DNA from: a virus
Lineage: Duplodnaviria; Caudoviricetes
DNA: 64,000 nt
Virus record (IMG/VR): IMGVR_UViG_3300020037_003335
Span: 1-64,000 of that record
Direction: 5' to 3' (one strand)
Shown piece after piece: positions 63,501 through 64,000 of this stretch (its first letter is position 1; every line of letters starts with the position of its first letter). The notes under the pieces are model-generated. The model was not told where the DNA came from and did not search any database. It saw nothing but the letters and a program-made list of their open reading frames with translations. Both the position numbers and the translations under genes were made by a program.

Positions 63501-64000
63501 AATCCTAACGCTACAAGTAGTTTGGCAAAGTTTAATAACGTTAATGCTCCATTAGTTGGAGTAGATGCATTATTAAAGCATGGCGAAGGACTTAAAATGT
63601 CTGCTGTAAATAGTATATACAATAACTTAACTTTGATTTCTAAACAGCCTAATATAACGGCTTCTAGAGCTTACTACTATGCTCAGCCAGCTACTGTAAG
63701 AAATAATAATACTACAGCATTATACCAGAATGTAACACCTGAAATGGCTCGCTCATTACTTGACATATTTAGATTTGAACTAGGCAGAGTTATAAAAGCT
63801 GATGTTAATATAGATAATAATGTTAGTATCTACTTACAAAACATTCCATCTATAGATTTGATTATGTTTAAAGACTCTGCTATAACTACTTCGGCAGCTA
63901 ATAATTATATTGAAATATTTGAAGAGTTGCGTACCTTATCTCCAGGATTAATACAATTGTTTAACAGTATTTCATTATTTCAAGCTGGGTTAAATAATTC
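60504..64000 (+). CDS. C-terminal part of virion RNA polymerase (partial, runs off the window; absent from the ORF track)
   Basis: ATG 60504 (MGCKFKYNGQTY), frame open to the end; AALENRLLD...LHP (62175), GKQGVGIVA (about 62377) and VDNVKDP (62643) motifs. Confidence 0.88.
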   Translation, partial: MGCKFKYNGQTYESEADLKAVLRQELKANTAKVRDGDKQPTTNSIGKNESVLGTDKSLYISVPKSQFLRILTVDGLGLNYQEMAAEQSDYNAYYTKEHLIYSKSDDTMLDNNTVRIEINAEYLNKDASNESDNYVATSSTIPYAAFRSMTVNNQNVKDNLISIYKTFPDGQINVNDFAQHIKVENKPSNKTPGNITLDPIKKSAGINQAANIREQLRKNYLSKLFNVKASDAKLNFNLGNSTRDAFINMHNAYNNTIVSQAIKLANEDEYSKAITLLKSHNLQGAISDLLIIKHRYTESYDSILENLKSYNLSQNIITDVISKLSTLPLKGLATKANFSFIATQPTTNTTTQQPVVDEITIQKMAEIMKEIYPEAVTDQSQSVTTDDKFMAAKMVVDFANGTVDTLPVTYASLYIAWFRNTPLVQAGIKAYGGSEEALVQAIGEQAVVQKGKAWTWWKKFLAWLLNSANELSDLSKTELRNILTDAFLSRQDITATLNGIVYSKDQVNGEWAPVDLDIEFPIVYPSDKAFKAALDAEQAAKVKNDAMIKPAWKNNKRAALENRLLDMHKAIALHPVNAQNLLAPVSTVITKGIVEKLGIRAKHKTRGAVIDPLSNINASIAMVQGKQGVGIVANAINTKAALTGVDAKLTPMYPVQSPLSNDEKHIQLPINLRMLGIEKVEYADGTLAYSLGKLVDTFGNSIIANLSESLTQQVDNVKDPVAVELGYTLKTLGLTSYILTLGVPQEVLAGLTAKGGVVTAWNDRVEENENLFHKGATEESYEVVEYTGEPRKISTRFEESNSTLKIEFINSLLRKQPVPSKYIEPVVDNNGRPKGHILKHEALDIDNVSLDKYDAVKLLFYWELIDQARAYGNTIKALTADTKTHKSIDAAAQQQLLIDQQLLGIESIVDKDDISKVISSRAALKSNTKSVISPFFNMQRKYGEYFSKYFYTHENGISAYLAASLKARYKLYSGDRLNRLISTAHNDFMIYLMTRMTAVNPNATSSLAKFNNVNAPLVGVDALLKHGEGLKMSAVNSIYNNLTLISKQPNITASRAYYYAQPATVRNNNTTALYQNVTPEMARSLLDIFRFELGRVIKADVNIDNNVSIYLQNIPSIDLIMFKDSAITTSAANNYIEIFEELRTLSPGLIQLFNSISLFQAGLNN

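Noticed and set aside
422-64000. Stop-codon reassignment, known in some crAss clades
   Set aside because: Genes are intact in the standard code, and TAG ends portal, capsid and endolysin at sensible positions
1-64000. CRISPR array, tRNAs, DGR reverse transcriptase or template repeat
   Set aside because: No repeat-spacer array, cloverleaf or RT motif seen; intergenic gaps are short and A-rich

Overview
This window is a 64 kb, AT-rich, single-strand (+) gene array from a crAss-like (Crassvirales) podophage. The host is probably Bacteroidota, judged from TAnnTTTG promoters and A-rich translation starts without Shine-Dalgarno sites. Gene order: small genes including an M15 endolysin, then terminase, portal, major capsid, ring/auxiliary capsid/hub proteins, very cysteine-rich fibre-like proteins, holin-like genes, rings and muzzle, then the ejected cargo proteins and the giant virion RNA polymerase, which runs off the window end. 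The code is standard, and I saw no tRNA, CRISPR array, intein or reverse transcriptase. Main points of interest: (1) The RNAP core is split just after the DFDID catalytic loop by a two-part cassette. It carries a split SHxxGG/ExxGGE domain, A-x-x-G motifs and a separate zincin gene, and the only four cysteines in about 8,900 aa of cargo protein sit at these junctions. (2) A 1935-aa Cys-rich fibre-like protein ends in a prodomain plus an intact trypsin-like (Nal1-type) serine protease. (3) An LRR module of foreign composition, rich in NNC codons, resembles a DGR variable region or a swapped receptor-binding module. (4) The cargo proteins contain repeated AxGG motifs and TonB-box-like motifs. 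All family assignments come from motif recognition and recalled crAss gene order, not from database searches.
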